From NCBI GenBank assembly GCA_030390025.1, contig CM059431.1, positions 150,228,001 to 150,292,000 of the forward strand: a stretch of DNA of 64,000 bases, in the 5' to 3' direction. Numbering within the stretch: position 1 is the stretch's first letter; each line of letters opens with the position of its first letter. Below the pieces are notes generated by a model. It was not told the origin of the DNA. It did not search any database and was given only the letters and a program-made list of their open reading frames with translations. The stretch comes from Squalus acanthias (taxonomy: Eukaryota). The translations under genes and the position numbers were made by a program. Below are positions 62,632 through 64,000 of the stretch, one piece after another.

Positions 62632-63134
62632 CAGTGTTCTTGCTCAGGCCAACATCCCCAGCATCGAAGCTTTGACCACGCTCGATCAGCTCCGATGGAC
62701 GGGTCACATTGTCCGCATGCCCGATACGAGACTCCCAAAACAAGCGCTCTACTCGGAGCTCCGGCATGGCAAGAGAGCTCCAGGTGGGCAGAGGAAACGC
62801 TTTAGGGACACCCTCAAAGCCTCCTTGAAAAAGTGTAACATCCCCACCGACACCTGGGAATCCCTGGCCCAAGACCACACAAAGTGGAGGAGAAGCATGC
62901 GGGAAGGCGCCAAATACCTCGAGTCTCTTCGCCGGGAGCAAGCGGAAGCCAAGCGCAAACAGCGCAAGGAGCGCACGTCAACCCAGGCACCCTACCCACC
63001 CGCCCCTTCAACCACCGTCTGCCCCACCTGTGACAGAGACTGTAGGTCCCGCATTGGACTCATTAGTCACCTGCGAACTCATTTTTAATGTGGAAGCAAG
63101 TCATCCTCGGTTCCGAGGGACTGCCTAAGAAGAG
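62632..63134 (+). mobile_element. Young RTE-clade LINE 3' end
   Basis: Intact 138-aa ORF end (QLRWTGHIVRMPDTRLPK...CPTCDRDCRSRIGLISHLRTH); 10-bp TSD AGTCTATCTA at 62622-62631 and 63135-63144. Confidence 0.93.
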
Positions 63135-64000
63135 AGTCTATCTATATCACTTTGCAGACTCTTTGTGTTCTCCTCACAGCTTACTATCCCACCTAGCTTT
63201 GTATCATCAGCAAACCTGGGTACATTACACTCGGTCCCTTCATCTAGGTCATTAATATAGATTGTAAATAACTTAGGCACCAACACTGCTCCTTGCGGCA
63301 CCCCGCTAGTTACAGCCTGTCAACCTGAAAAAGATCCATTTATCCCTACTCTCTGTTTTCTGTCTGTTAACCAATCCTCTATCAATGCTACTATATTACC
63401 CCCAACCCCATGAGCTCTAATCTTGTGTAATAACCTTTTATGTGGCACCTTATCGAATGCCTTTTGGAAATCCAAATATATTACATCCACTGGTTCCCCT
63501 TTATCTACCCTGCTAGTTACATCCTCAAAAAACCCTAATCAAGTTGTCAAACACGATTTCCCTTTCATAAAACCATGTTGACTCTGCCTAATCATGTTAT
63601 GATTTTCTAAGTGCCCTGATACCACTTCCTTAACAATGGATTCCAGCATTTTCCCGACGACTGATGTCAGGATTAATATTAGATTAAAATTAATATTAAT
63701 AAAAAAAAGTACTGGAGAAATTAATGGGACTGAAAGCCGATAAATCCCCTGGACCTGATGGCTGACATTGTAGGATTTTGAAAGAGTTGGCTACAGAGAT
63801 AGTGGATGCATTGGTTGTCATTTTCCAAAATTTCATAGATTCTAGAACGGTTCCTGTGGATTGGCAGGTAGCAAATGTAGCCCCACTATTTAAGAAAGGA
63901 GGGAGAGAGAAAACTGGGAACTACAGACCAGTTAGCCTGACATCAGTAGTAGGGAAAATGCTAGAATCTGTTATTAGGGACGTGGTAACAGGGCAATTAG

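Larger units (their letters stand above)
60483..63670 (-). mobile_element. CR1 3' half carrying LTR, Penelope and RTE insertions
   Basis: RT segments at 60571-61032, 62344-62631 and 63135-63670 are colinear once the inserts are removed. Confidence 0.9.
59670..64000 (+). mobile_element. CR1 ORF2 fragment (59670-60482, resuming ~63671-64000), host of a nested cluster
   Basis: SDHNMIEF, DCKSFCRYVK...; resumes with LKADKSPGPDG...NYRPVSLTSVVGK; GATT duplicated at 60479-60482 and 63671-63674. Confidence 0.88.

Overview
Repeat-dense eukaryotic DNA, most likely a cartilaginous fish (shark-type CR1/L2/RTE LINEs, Penelope-like elements, Deu-domain SINEs, shark-type zinc-finger and GPR139-like exons; the taxon is inferred). 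Most of the window is nested, decayed retroelements and tandem repeats, with a 200-N assembly gap at 55907-56106. Host-gene content: an apparently intact first coding exon of a GPR139-like GPCR (29607-29787, -), a Penelope-disrupted paralogous first exon (5019-5865, -), a C2H2 zinc-finger pseudogene (52222-52834, -) and one clean internal exon resembling PATL1 (57541-57716, +). Most notable: (1) at least seven minimal type-I hammerhead ribozyme motifs in two Penelope-like families, including a 248-bp palindromic double-hammerhead insertion with a 10-bp TSD and a 134-bp hammerhead-only insertion with a 12-bp TSD; (2) a two-copy ~730-bp MITE-like element carrying three tandem GC-rich hairpins; (3) ~100-bp repetition of the exon-1/splice-donor junction in both GPR139-like paralogs; (4) a 33-bp minisatellite expanded from inside a SINE at two sites; (5) an unexplained four-copy 17-19-nt motif upstream of the PATL1-like exon. 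No prokaryotic features, rRNA, true tRNA or CRISPR. All family assignments are by eye, without database searches.
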